Shown one piece after another: positions 8,599 to 17,388 of a stretch of DNA of 64,000 bases. The notes under the pieces were generated by a model that saw only the letters and a program-made list of their open reading frames with translations, did not search any database and was not told the DNA's origin. The stretch is from an uncultured Actinomycetota bacterium (lineage in GTDB: Bacteria; Actinomycetota; Actinomycetes; BP-191). The stretch lies in assembly GCA_963765815.1 (NCBI GenBank), contig CAVXXT010000005.1:150238-214237 (forward strand), given 5' to 3'. Numbering within the stretch: position 1 is the first letter of the stretch; each line of letters begins with the position of its first letter. Made by a program: the position numbers and the translations under genes.

Positions 8599-11064
8599 AT
8601 GGCCACCCGTGCGCCCGCCGCCCGTCCCCGCGCGACCTCCTCCCGACCCACGGAGGACGCCCGTCCGGCGCGCGCGGCCGCCCCCCGGCGTACGCCGTCC
8701 ACCGGCGCCAGCCGTCCAGCGGCCCGGCGGCCGGCCGCCAAGAGCACGCCGCCGCCGCCCATGCTGGTCGTCGTCGTCCGGGCTATGGTCCGCGCGATTC
8801 GCGCGCTGTGGTCGATCCTCGCCCGAGCCCTCGGCTCGAGCGCCCGCACCGTCGGCGTGAGCGCCCGTGATCTCGACCCGGCCCACCGCCGCGACGGCGC
8901 CGGCCTTGGCGCGATCGCCGGTGCTCTCGTCACCGCGGTCGCCGTCTGGTGGCACGGCGGCGGCGCGGTCGGCTCGGTCGTCGAAGCGGTCGTCCGCGGT
9001 GCGGTCGGCTCCGCCGCCCCACTCGTCCCGCTGCTGCTCCTCGGCCTGACCTGGCGGTTCCTCCGCAGCCCCGCGGACCCGGAGAGCCGTGGGCGGCTGA
9101 TCGTGGGCTGGGCGTTCCTCGTCGGCGGCGGCCTCGGGCTGGTCCACCTCGCCCACGGCACGCCGGTCCCGCCCGACGGCGCGCGCGCGATGCGCGCCGC
9201 GGGTGGCCTCGTCGGCTTCCTCGCCTCCTCGCCGCTCGAGTCGGCTCTCACCGGCCTGCTTGCCGCGCCGCTCCTCGTGCTCGCCGCCGGCTTCGGCCTG
9301 CTGGTCGTCACCGCCACTCCGATCAACCAGGTCCCGACGCGGCTGGTCGCGCTCCGCGACCGAATCCTGCGTCGTACGCCGCCCGCCCCCGAGGTGATCG
9401 ACCTCACCGACGCCGAGGACGAGACGGCACTGCGCCGTCGCCCCGCCCGCCGCCGGGTCGCGGTCGCGGTCCCGCCGGAGGACGACGAGCCGGCGACCGA
9501 CCCGATGCCCGCGCCGGAGCCCCTGCCGCCCGCGGCGAGCGACCCGGTGCCGGTGCCGCGGATGGTCGAGCAGCTCGCGCTGACCTCCGCCGGCTACGTC
9601 CTGCCGCCGCCCGCGATGCTGCGCGCCGGCACGCCGCCGAAGGCGCGCACCGCCGCCAACGACACCGTGATCGCCGCGCTGTCCAACGTCCTCGACGAGT
9701 TCCAGGTCGACGCCCAGGTCACCGGCTTCACCCGCGGCCCGACCGTCACGCGCTACGAGGTCGAGCTCGGCCCGGCGGTGAAGGTCGCGCGGGTCATGCA
9801 GCTGAGCCACAACATCGCGTACGCCGTGAAGTCGCCGGACGTGCGCATCATCAGCCCGATCCCCGGCAAGAGCGCGATCGGCATCGAGATCCCCAACACC
9901 GACCGGGAGCTGGTGAGCCTCGGCGACGTGCTGCGCTCGAAGAAGGCGGCCGACGACCACCACCCGCTGCTCGTCGGGCTGGGCAAGGACATCGAAGGCG
10001 GGTACGTCGTCGCCAACCTGGCGAAGATGCCGCACATCCTCATCGCCGGCGCGACCGGCGCCGGCAAGAGCACCTGCATCAACACGCTGATCGCCAGCAT
10101 CCTCACGCGCGCAACGCCTGATGACGTGCGCATGCTGCTGGTCGACCCGAAGCGGGTCGAGCTCACCAACTACGCCGGCATCCCGCACCTCATCACGCCG
10201 ATCATCACCAACCCGAAGCGCGCCGCCGAGGCGCTGCAGTGGGTCGTGCGCGAGATGGAGATGCGCTACGAGGACCTTGCCGCTAATGGAGTGCGGCATG
10301 TCGACGACTTCAACCGCATGGTCCGCGCGGGAGCGATCAAGGCGCCGCCCGGCAGCGAGCGCGTCTACACGCCGTACCCCTACATCCTCGTCATCATCGA
10401 CGAGCTCGCCGACCTGATGATGGTCGCCCCGCGCGACGTCGAGGACGCGATCTGCCGGATCACCGCGATGGCCCGCGCCGTCGGCATCCACCTCGTGCTG
10501 GCGACCCAGCGGCCCAGCGTCGACGTCGTGACGGGCCTCATCAAGGCCAACGTCCCGTCGCGCCTCGCGTTCGCGACCGCGTCGCTCACCGACTCGCGCG
10601 TCATCCTCGACGGCCCCGGTGCGGAGAAGCTGGTCGGCCTCGGTGACGCGCTGTTCCTCCCGATGGGCGCCAGCAAGCCGCAGCGGATCCAGGGTGCGTA
10701 CGTCGGCGAGGACGAGATCGCCAAGGTCGTGAAGCACTGCATCAGCCAGGCGCAGCCCGTGTTCCGCGACGACGTGGTCGGCACCGGAGCGTCGCGCCCC
10801 GACGGCGCGGGCGGCGGGATGTCCGACGACCTCGGGGACGACGACGATCTTCTGCAGCAGGCGGTGGAGCTGGTCGTCACGACCCAGTTCGGGTCGACGT
10901 CGATGCTGCAGCGCAAGCTCAAGGTCGGGTTCGCCCGCGCCGGGCGGCTGATGGACCTGATGGAGCAGCGCGGGATCGTCGGCCCGTCGGAGGGCTCGAA
11001 GGCCCGCGACGTCCTGGTCATGCCCGACGAGCTCGAAGGCGTCCTGACAACGCTCCGGGGCTAG
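8599..11064 (+). CDS. ftsK: DNA translocase FtsK
   Basis: 4TM N-terminus, Walker A GATGAGKS, IIDELADLMM, LATQRPSVDV and gamma domain STSMLQRKLKVGFARAGRLMD. Confidence 0.97.
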   Translation: MATRAPAARPRATSSRPTEDARPARAAAPRRTPSTGASRPAARRPAAKSTPPPPMLVVVVRAMVRAIRALWSILARALGSSARTVGVSARDLDPAHRRDGAGLGAIAGALVTAVAVWWHGGGAVGSVVEAVVRGAVGSAAPLVPLLLLGLTWRFLRSPADPESRGRLIVGWAFLVGGGLGLVHLAHGTPVPPDGARAMRAAGGLVGFLASSPLESALTGLLAAPLLVLAAGFGLLVVTATPINQVPTRLVALRDRILRRTPPAPEVIDLTDAEDETALRRRPARRRVAVAVPPEDDEPATDPMPAPEPLPPAASDPVPVPRMVEQLALTSAGYVLPPPAMLRAGTPPKARTAANDTVIAALSNVLDEFQVDAQVTGFTRGPTVTRYEVELGPAVKVARVMQLSHNIAYAVKSPDVRIISPIPGKSAIGIEIPNTDRELVSLGDVLRSKKAADDHHPLLVGLGKDIEGGYVVANLAKMPHILIAGATGAGKSTCINTLIASILTRATPDDVRMLLVDPKRVELTNYAGIPHLITPIITNPKRAAEALQWVVREMEMRYEDLAANGVRHVDDFNRMVRAGAIKAPPGSERVYTPYPYILVIIDELADLMMVAPRDVEDAICRITAMARAVGIHLVLATQRPSVDVVTGLIKANVPSRLAFATASLTDSRVILDGPGAEKLVGLGDALFLPMGASKPQRIQGAYVGEDEIAKVVKHCISQAQPVFRDDVVGTGASRPDGAGGGMSDDLGDDDDLLQQAVELVVTTQFGSTSMLQRKLKVGFARAGRLMDLMEQRGIVGPSEGSKARDVLVMPDELEGVLTTLRG

Positions 11065-11705
11065 CTGAGCAGGCCGGCCCGCATCACGATCGCGACCATC
11101 TCCGACCGGTCGCCGGTGCCGAGGCGCCGACCCGCGCGAGCCAGCAGGCTCTTCACGGTCAGCGGGCTGATCTGGAGCTCCTTGGCGATCTCCTTGTTGC
11201 CGGCGCCGCTCGCGATCAGTCGCAGGATGTCCAGCTCGCGCTTGGTCAGCTCACCCGGCTCCGCCGTCGCGTTGCCGCGAAACCCCTGGGCCAGCAGGGC
11301 CGCGACCGCCCCGTCGGCGTAGATCTCGCCGGACAGGACGGTCCGCAGGCCGACGACGATGGTCTCCGGGGGAGAGGACTTCACCAGGTAGCCGGCCGCG
11401 CCGGCGGTGAACGCCGACCGGACCGTGAACGGGTCGTCGGCGGCGGACAGCACGGCGATCCGCTCCCAGCCCGCGTCGCGGAGCTCGGCGAGCAGCTCGA
11501 GCCCCGGACCGTCGGGGAGCCGCAGGTCCACGACGGCGAGCGCGCGAACGCCGTCCCGGGCGACCGCGCGCGCTTCGGCGATGGTGGTCGCCGTCGCGAC
11601 GTCGGTGATGCCGAGCTCGGCGAGAGCGAGCACGACCGCGCGGCTCATCAGCGGGTGGTCCTCGACCACCAGCGCCGTGGCAGCGTCGGACGCTGGATCT
11701 GACAT
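11061..11705 (-). CDS. NarL/LuxR family response regulator
   Basis: REC domain (VVEDHP, VVDLRLPDGPG, GYLVK) plus LuxR HTH (LTKRELDILRLIASGAGNKEIA...ISPLTVK). Confidence 0.93.
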   Translation of the reverse strand: MSDPASDAATALVVEDHPLMSRAVVLALAELGITDVATATTIAEARAVARDGVRALAVVDLRLPDGPGLELLAELRDAGWERIAVLSAADDPFTVRSAFTAGAAGYLVKSSPPETIVVGLRTVLSGEIYADGAVAALLAQGFRGNATAEPGELTKRELDILRLIASGAGNKEIAKELQISPLTVKSLLARAGRRLGTGDRSEMVAIVMRAGLLS

Positions 11706-11923
11706 GGTCCCCCCGGACTGGGCGTAGGGTGGGCCGGAGCACACCCACCAGCGGGAGTTTACGCCTCTGGTTGAGGGCCGAAAGGTGTCATGCGGCGGAG
11801 TGTCGTTAGGCCGAACAGCGTAGGCCAAAAATACCCGCGTGGGCCTCATGTCAGGCCCGTTCATGGCCGATCATTGCCAACGTGGTGTCCCTCTGCCCAG
11901 CGCCACCCTGCTCAGGAGGATCG

Positions 11924-13438
11924 GTGTCCCACTCCGCTCGGCTCGCGACGCGTCGTCTCGCCGTCGCCGTCGCGCTCGCTCTCTCGGCGTTCGCGCCTGG
12001 GCTGACCTCAGCCCGCGCCGCCGAGACGTCGGTCGCCGTCGTCTCCTTGCAGACCGGCGGCTCCGTCGCCGGAATCCAGGGCGTGCGCGTCCTCCGCAGC
12101 CATCCGGCCGTCGGCATCGTGATCGTCCGCGCCACCGACCGTGGGCTGGCCGCCCTCGCGTCGAGCCCGGCCGTGCACAGCATGAGCCCCGACCTCCCCG
12201 TCACCCTGACCGGCAAGGACTCCGCCGCCGCTGACGGCGTGCTGGCCTCCGCCTCGCTCGGGTCCGGAGCCGGCACCACCTCCGCAGGCAGCGGCGTGAC
12301 GGTCGCGCTCGTCGACACCGGCGTCACCGACACTCCCACCCTCTCGCGCAGCTCCGGCCGCATCGTCGACGGCGTCGACACCTCCGGTGAGAAGAAGTCC
12401 AAGGGTGCCCTCACCGACGGCTTCGGCCACGGCACCGCGATGGCCAACCTCATCGCCGGCGGCTCGTCCGGCTCGGGCTCCGCTGTCGGCGTCGCGCCCG
12501 CCGCGAAGATCCTCAACGTCAAGGTCGCCGGCGCTGACGGCACGACGTCGCTGTCGAAGGTCGTCGCCGGCCTCGACTACGTCGTCTCCTCGCGCGGCGA
12601 GAACTCCACCGACGTGCTCTCGATCTCGCTGGCGACCACGGTCGCCGGCGCCGAGTACCTCGCCACGCCCCTGACCGACGCGGTCGACCGGGTGCGCGAG
12701 GCGGGCATCGTGGTCGTCGCCGCGGTCGGCAACACCGCTGGCTCGGTCGGCGCGCCGGCCTATGACCCGTCCATCATCGCCGTCGGCGCCGCCGACACGA
12801 CCGGCACGGCCCCTGCGGTCGCCGGCTTCAGCGGGTCCGCCGTCGTCGCGGGCGCGCCCCGGCCCGACTTCGTCGCGCCCGGCGTCGGCGTCGTCACCGT
12901 CCTCCCGAAGGACTCGCAGCTCGCCAAGGCCAACAAGTCCGCGCAGCGCAGTGACGGCTTCTGGCGCAGCACCGGCACCAGCCAGGCGACCGCCATCGCG
13001 GCGGGCGCCGCGGCGATCACCGTCCAGCGCTTTCCGTCCGCCGGTGTGCAGGACGTCCGCTTCTCGCTGATGGCCGCCTCCGCGCCGATCGACGGCAACG
13101 CCTCCGGCGCCGGCGTCGTGCGCCTGCCGGCCACGCTGGTCACCGCGGCGCAGTACGCCGACGGCTGGCGTCAGGTCAGCGACGACGGCACGCTCGTCCA
13201 GAACCCGTGGACCTCCTCCTCGTGGAGCTCCTCCTCCTGGTCGTCGTCGAGCTGGTCCTCGTCGTCGTGGAGCTCGTCGTCCTGGTCGTCCTCCTCCTGG
13301 TCGTCGTCGAGCTGGTCCTCGTCGTCGTGGAGCTCGTCGTCCTGGTCGTCCTCGAGCTGGTCCTCGTCGTCCTGGAGCTCGTCGTCCTGGTCGTCCTCGA
13401 GCTGGTCTTCGGGATCCTGGTCGTTCGGCGTCCTCTGA
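11924..13438 (+). CDS. Secreted S8 (subtilisin-like) serine protease with C-terminal (WSSSS)n repeat
   Basis: AGGAGG RBS then GTG; signal peptide ending ARA; triad VALVDTG / GHGTAMA / GTSQA and oxyanion Asn in AAVGN; 14 W-x4 repeats at the C-terminus. Confidence 0.92.
   Translation: MSHSARLATRRLAVAVALALSAFAPGLTSARAAETSVAVVSLQTGGSVAGIQGVRVLRSHPAVGIVIVRATDRGLAALASSPAVHSMSPDLPVTLTGKDSAAADGVLASASLGSGAGTTSAGSGVTVALVDTGVTDTPTLSRSSGRIVDGVDTSGEKKSKGALTDGFGHGTAMANLIAGGSSGSGSAVGVAPAAKILNVKVAGADGTTSLSKVVAGLDYVVSSRGENSTDVLSISLATTVAGAEYLATPLTDAVDRVREAGIVVVAAVGNTAGSVGAPAYDPSIIAVGAADTTGTAPAVAGFSGSAVVAGAPRPDFVAPGVGVVTVLPKDSQLAKANKSAQRSDGFWRSTGTSQATAIAAGAAAITVQRFPSAGVQDVRFSLMAASAPIDGNASGAGVVRLPATLVTAAQYADGWRQVSDDGTLVQNPWTSSSWSSSSWSSSSWSSSSWSSSSWSSSSWSSSSWSSSSWSSSSWSSSSWSSSSWSSSSWSSSSWSSGSWSFGVL
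13208..13417 (+). repeat. In-frame 15-bp tandem repeat (14 units) encoding W-[ST]-S-[SG]-S
   Basis: TGG recurs every 15 bp; Ser codons vary among TCC, TCG, AGC and TCT. Confidence 0.95.
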
Positions 13439-14856
13439 TGGTGGAGCGCCCTCTGCGGCTCCCCGTCCTCATCGGCCTCGTCGCCGGTGGCACGGTCTGC
13501 GCCGCCAAGCTTCTCCCGTGGAACGGGCCGACCTGGTACGCGTTCGCGATCACGGCGTTCGCCGTCCTGCTCAGCGAGTCGCGCGTCGTCAACCTGCCGT
13601 TCGGCGGACAGCGCTGGAGCTTTGCCTGGGCGGAGATCCCGGTCGCCGCTGCGCTGCTCGTCCACCCCGGCAGCTGGATCGCCGCGTCGGTCGCTGTCGG
13701 CGTCCTGACCGCGCAGATGCTGCGTCGGCAGTCCACGGTCAAGCAGGTCTTCAACACCGTCCAGCTCGCGGCGGCGGCCTGCGTCGCCGTAGCGGTGGCT
13801 CAGGCGGTCGGCGGTGAGGTCGGCGTCGCGGCCGGCATGGCCACGTTCTGGACCGCCAACACGACGCTCGTCGCGGCGGCCATCTGGATCACCACTGAGC
13901 GCAAGTTCCTCGGCGTCTGCCTCGACGGCGCACCGCTGTCGGCGCTGCACTCGGCGACCAACGTCTCCCTCGCGATCCTCGGCGTCTGGATCGCGACCCT
14001 CAACCCGACCGGCCTGCTCGCCCTGCTCGCCCCCGCCGGGCTGCTGGCGTGGGCGCTGATCGACCAGATCCAGCGCACCGGCGAGACCCAGCTGCTTGCG
14101 GAGCTGGTCCGGACGCATGAGGCACGGGTCTCCGACACCACCGACGAGGTCGTCGGCGCGCTGCTCGAAGTGGGGTCGCGGCTGCTCCCGAACATCGCCG
14201 TAGAGCTGGTCGTGTTCACCGGCGACGGCCCGCACCTCTACCGCCGACAGAGCCGCGGCGGCATCGCCTGTCACCGCATGCGCGTCGGCGACTTCAGCGA
14301 GACCTGGGCACTGGCCGCGACCAGCGACGACCCGGTCAGCCGTACGACGGGCGACGAGGTCGAGGCGCTGCTGCGCGTCGGCCGGGCCGGCTCCCCGCTC
14401 GGGCTCATCCGGATGGTCACCACGGTCACCGGGGCCACCTTCAACCGCCAGGCGATGCAGGTGCTGCGGATGCTCAGCCGGCACGCCGAGGCGTCGCTGT
14501 CCGTCGACCGCGCGCTGCTCAGCCGCGACGACGCGATCGAGCGCGCCAACCAGGCGAGCGAGACCGTGCGCGCGCTGAGCGACCTCAGCGCCGACACGGG
14601 TCCCGCGCTGCGCACGCTGCGCGACTCCGCCGGCCGGCTCGCGGCGCTCGCGACCAACGCGCCGTCGGACCAGGTCGAGATCACCCGCCTCGTCGAGGAG
14701 CTGTACGCCGTCGAGCGCGCGGTGGCCTCGCTCTGCGGCGCCGTCACCCTGGCGACCGTCCCCGGCATCGAGCCGGACGCCGAGGACGGCGGCGTCGTCC
14801 TCTCCGTCGACCGCACCGAGGCGTGGACGAGCGTCGGGGTCCTGGAGAAGCGCTGA
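13438..14856 (+). CDS. Multi-pass membrane sensor-like protein with cytoplasmic GAF-like and coiled-coil regions
   Basis: ATG overlaps the protease stop (TGATG); about 6-7 hydrophobic segments with SFAWAEIP and KQVFN motifs; soluble C-terminus has no recognisable catalytic motif. Confidence 0.8.
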   Translation: MVERPLRLPVLIGLVAGGTVCAAKLLPWNGPTWYAFAITAFAVLLSESRVVNLPFGGQRWSFAWAEIPVAAALLVHPGSWIAASVAVGVLTAQMLRRQSTVKQVFNTVQLAAAACVAVAVAQAVGGEVGVAAGMATFWTANTTLVAAAIWITTERKFLGVCLDGAPLSALHSATNVSLAILGVWIATLNPTGLLALLAPAGLLAWALIDQIQRTGETQLLAELVRTHEARVSDTTDEVVGALLEVGSRLLPNIAVELVVFTGDGPHLYRRQSRGGIACHRMRVGDFSETWALAATSDDPVSRTTGDEVEALLRVGRAGSPLGLIRMVTTVTGATFNRQAMQVLRMLSRHAEASLSVDRALLSRDDAIERANQASETVRALSDLSADTGPALRTLRDSAGRLAALATNAPSDQVEITRLVEELYAVERAVASLCGAVTLATVPGIEPDAEDGGVVLSVDRTEAWTSVGVLEKR

Positions 14857-15935
14857 TGTCCTTCGGCGGCGGCCGGGCCGTTCTCTGGGTCGGCGGCGGC
14901 ACCTCCGCCTTCGCCCTCGCGACGGTCGGCGTCGGGACTGCGCTGCACGCCCTCGCCGACGGCAACCTCTACGTCGTCGTCGGCGGCACTGCGGGCCTGG
15001 CGGTCGTCGCCGGCTGCGTGGCGTGGCTCTGGCTGCGCAAGCCGATCATGTCGCTGGCGCAGGTGGTGGCTCTCGCGACCGCGTCGAGCTCGGGGGTCAC
15101 GACGGTCAAGCCGCACGCTCTCGGGTCGCGGCTCAGCGCGGTCTCCACCGCCGTCGACACGCTGCTCTGGCGGCTGCAGATGGCCAACCGCGAGGCGGAG
15201 CAGCAGAGCCGGTCGCTGCGCGAGACCACCGCCGGCATGCGCGAGCTGGTCACCGCGCTGGTGCACACCGAGGAGGTCGTGCGCGCCCAGCTCGCCGCTG
15301 ACATCCACGACACCGTCGCTCAGTCGCTGGCCATCGCCAAGCGGCAGGTCAACTCCTCCGACGACGTGCCCCGGTCACTCGCCGACGCCGTCGATGACGC
15401 CGAGGAGCAGGTGCGGGCGGTGATCTCCCGCACCCGCCCGGTCATGCTCGAAGGTGGCGACCTCGCCGCCGCGGTGCACGCGCTCTGCGACGACGTGCAC
15501 AACCGCTACGGCTTGGTCATCCACCTGGTCGGCTGGCCCGACGCCGACCACGCCATGCCGGTCTCGGTCGCGACGGTGTGCTACCGGTTCGTCCAGGAAG
15601 CCATCATGAACGTGACCAAGCACGCCAGCACCGACGAGTGCTTCGTCGCGCTCGGCGTCGAGGGGCGCACGATCACGCTCTCCGTCACCGACCACGGCGG
15701 CGGCTTCGACCCGAGCCTGGTCAAGAGCGCGGGCGGCCGGCACGTCGGCCTGCACCTGCTGTCCGAGCGTGCGCGGCTGATGGGCGGCAGCGTCCAGGTC
15801 TGCTCCGCTCCCGGCGAGAGCACCGTCCTGCGGCTGCGGCTGCCGGTGCCCGAGCGGCGGGTCAACCCCAGCCGTGCGGCAAACGGCCCAGAGGTGCTGG
15901 GCCAGCGGACACGTCCGAGCTCTGCGAACGCATAG
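14856..15935 (+). CDS. Sensor histidine kinase (HisKA_3 + HATPase_c)
   Basis: TGATG coupling; 2 TM segments with almost no extracellular loop; H-box ADIHDTVAQSL, N-box QEAIMNVTKHA, G boxes DHGGGFD and GRHVGL. Confidence 0.92.
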   Translation: MSFGGGRAVLWVGGGTSAFALATVGVGTALHALADGNLYVVVGGTAGLAVVAGCVAWLWLRKPIMSLAQVVALATASSSGVTTVKPHALGSRLSAVSTAVDTLLWRLQMANREAEQQSRSLRETTAGMRELVTALVHTEEVVRAQLAADIHDTVAQSLAIAKRQVNSSDDVPRSLADAVDDAEEQVRAVISRTRPVMLEGGDLAAAVHALCDDVHNRYGLVIHLVGWPDADHAMPVSVATVCYRFVQEAIMNVTKHASTDECFVALGVEGRTITLSVTDHGGGFDPSLVKSAGGRHVGLHLLSERARLMGGSVQVCSAPGESTVLRLRLPVPERRVNPSRAANGPEVLGQRTRPSSANA

Positions 15936-16020
15936 GCCCGATTGCGGCAAACATCGGTCGATACCGCCGCGGCATGCGACGACATCTCCTGCAGGCACCA
16001 CGCGACAGGGGAGAGACCGC

Positions 16021-16149
16021 ATGAACGAGTCCGAGCACGAGGTCTTCGCGCTGATGCGGGCCGGCGTACCGCTGACGCTGCTGATCGACCTGGCCCTCGG
16101 CGTACCCGAGCTGCCGCTCGACGACGCCGAGCTGTCGTGGGCCTCCTAG
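16021..16149 (+). CDS. Small hypothetical protein (42 aa)
   Basis: GGGGAGAG RBS before ATG 16021; MNESEHEVFALMRAGVPLTLLIDLALG; high-GC3 codon usage. Confidence 0.55.
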   Translation: MNESEHEVFALMRAGVPLTLLIDLALGVPELPLDDAELSWAS

Positions 16150-16523
16150 ACCAGCCCTACGGCGCGATCGACCTGCACGGTCTCGCCGCCGCCGAGCTCG
16201 ACTGCGTCGGCGCGCTGCTGTTCGGGACGTGGCAGGAGATCGGCCACCACACGCTCACGCTCGCGGGGACGCAGTTCGTGGACCGCGACCGGGGACTCCT
16301 GTACGACGCGATCGCCGGGCTGCGCCTGCAGCGGCCGCGGATCGCTCTCACCGCGCTGCTCAACTCGGTGCCGGACCACTTGGTGCCCGCCATCTCCGTC
16401 GTCCTCCGCTGGAGTGACCGCGCCGGCTTCGAGCCGACGGCGGAGGTCTTCTGCGCCGCTCGCGACGCGCTCTGCCACGACCGCGTAAACGTCTCTTTGC
16501 CGACTTACCCGGGCACCGCCTAG
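16137..16523 (+). CDS. Hypothetical protein
   Basis: 3' part of ORF 15942..16523; GTG at 16137 overlaps the preceding small ORF; typical codon bias. Confidence 0.55.
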   Translation: MGLLDQPYGAIDLHGLAAAELDCVGALLFGTWQEIGHHTLTLAGTQFVDRDRGLLYDAIAGLRLQRPRIALTALLNSVPDHLVPAISVVLRWSDRAGFEPTAEVFCAARDALCHDRVNVSLPTYPGTA

Positions 16524-16585
16524 ACTCGCATGAGCCGGTGGCCGCGGACTTCCCCCGGCGGCGGCCGACTGGCGGAGGTGTGCGC

Positions 16586-17366
16586 ATGAGTGTCGGCGAG
16601 ACGCTCGTCGCTGCCCGCGAGCAGGCCAGGCTGACCGTCGAGGACGTCAGCCGCGCCACCCGCATCCGCGGCGTCCTGATCCGCGAGATCGAGGCCGATG
16701 GCGTCGAGACCAGCGGCGGCCCGGTCTACGCCCGTGGGCACATCCGGGCGATCGCCACCCACCTCGGCCTCGACCCGCAGCCTCTGCTCGACGAGTTCGA
16801 CCGGCTGCACGGCAGCGACCACGGGCCGGGCGCCCGGCAGATCTTCGAGCGGGAGGTCCTCGCCGAGCCGGCCCGGACCGGCCCGAACTGGACCGCCGCC
16901 ATGGCGGTCGCGGCCGCGGTGCTGCTCGTCATCGCCGTGGTCGCCCTGTTCAACGGTCGCTCCCCGGCCAGCCCGGTCGCCGAGGGCGTGCCGCAGACCG
17001 CCACCTCGACCGAGCCGTCCACCACGCCGGCGACCAGCGCGCCGGCGCTGCAGCTCCACGCCCGGCCCGGACCTCGCGCTCGCGCCCCAGGGCGGGGTCT
17101 TCATCCGGGTGCGGATCCCCGGCGAGCAGCGCAGCTACGTCCTGGTCCGCGAAGGCGGGCCGAAGGGGCCGAAGGTCTTCGAGGGCACGCTGACCACCGG
17201 CGCGGTCAAGGACTTCCGCTCCGACAAGCCGCTCTACCTGGTGCTCGGCAACGCCGGCGCCGTCACCCTGGTCGTCAACGGCCGCGACCTCGGCTCGCCC
17301 GGCGGCACCGGTCAGGTGGTCCGGACGACGTTCGGCCCCGGCGACCCGGCCGGCGCCGCGGGCTGA
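16586..17366 (+). pseudogene. rodZ: RodZ-like HTH-TM-DUF4115 protein, frameshifted as sequenced near 17050
   Basis: The HTH (VGETLVAAREQARLTVEDVSRATRIR, YARGHIR) and TM lie in one frame; the C-terminal [15 protein letters not shown] domain lies in another (ORF 16698..17366); located upstream of rimO. Confidence 0.82.
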
Positions 17367-17388
17367 TCCGCTCCCGTACGCTCGGTCA

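Noticed and set aside
7906-10737. Long antisense ORFs (also 48343..51405, 33728..36184, 30511..32562, 24101..26230 and others)
   Set aside because: They are stop-poor shadows of real genes in high-GC DNA and contain no recognisable motifs.
13208-13417. 15-bp periodic repeat as a CRISPR array
   Set aside because: There are no unique spacers and no cas genes; the repeat is in frame with synonymous variation.
13207-13437. Poly-(VELVL) N-terminal extension of ORF 13207..14856, and the acidic antisense repeat
   Set aside because: These are alternative-frame shadows of the WSSSS repeat; the TGATG overlap at 13436-13440 gives the better start.
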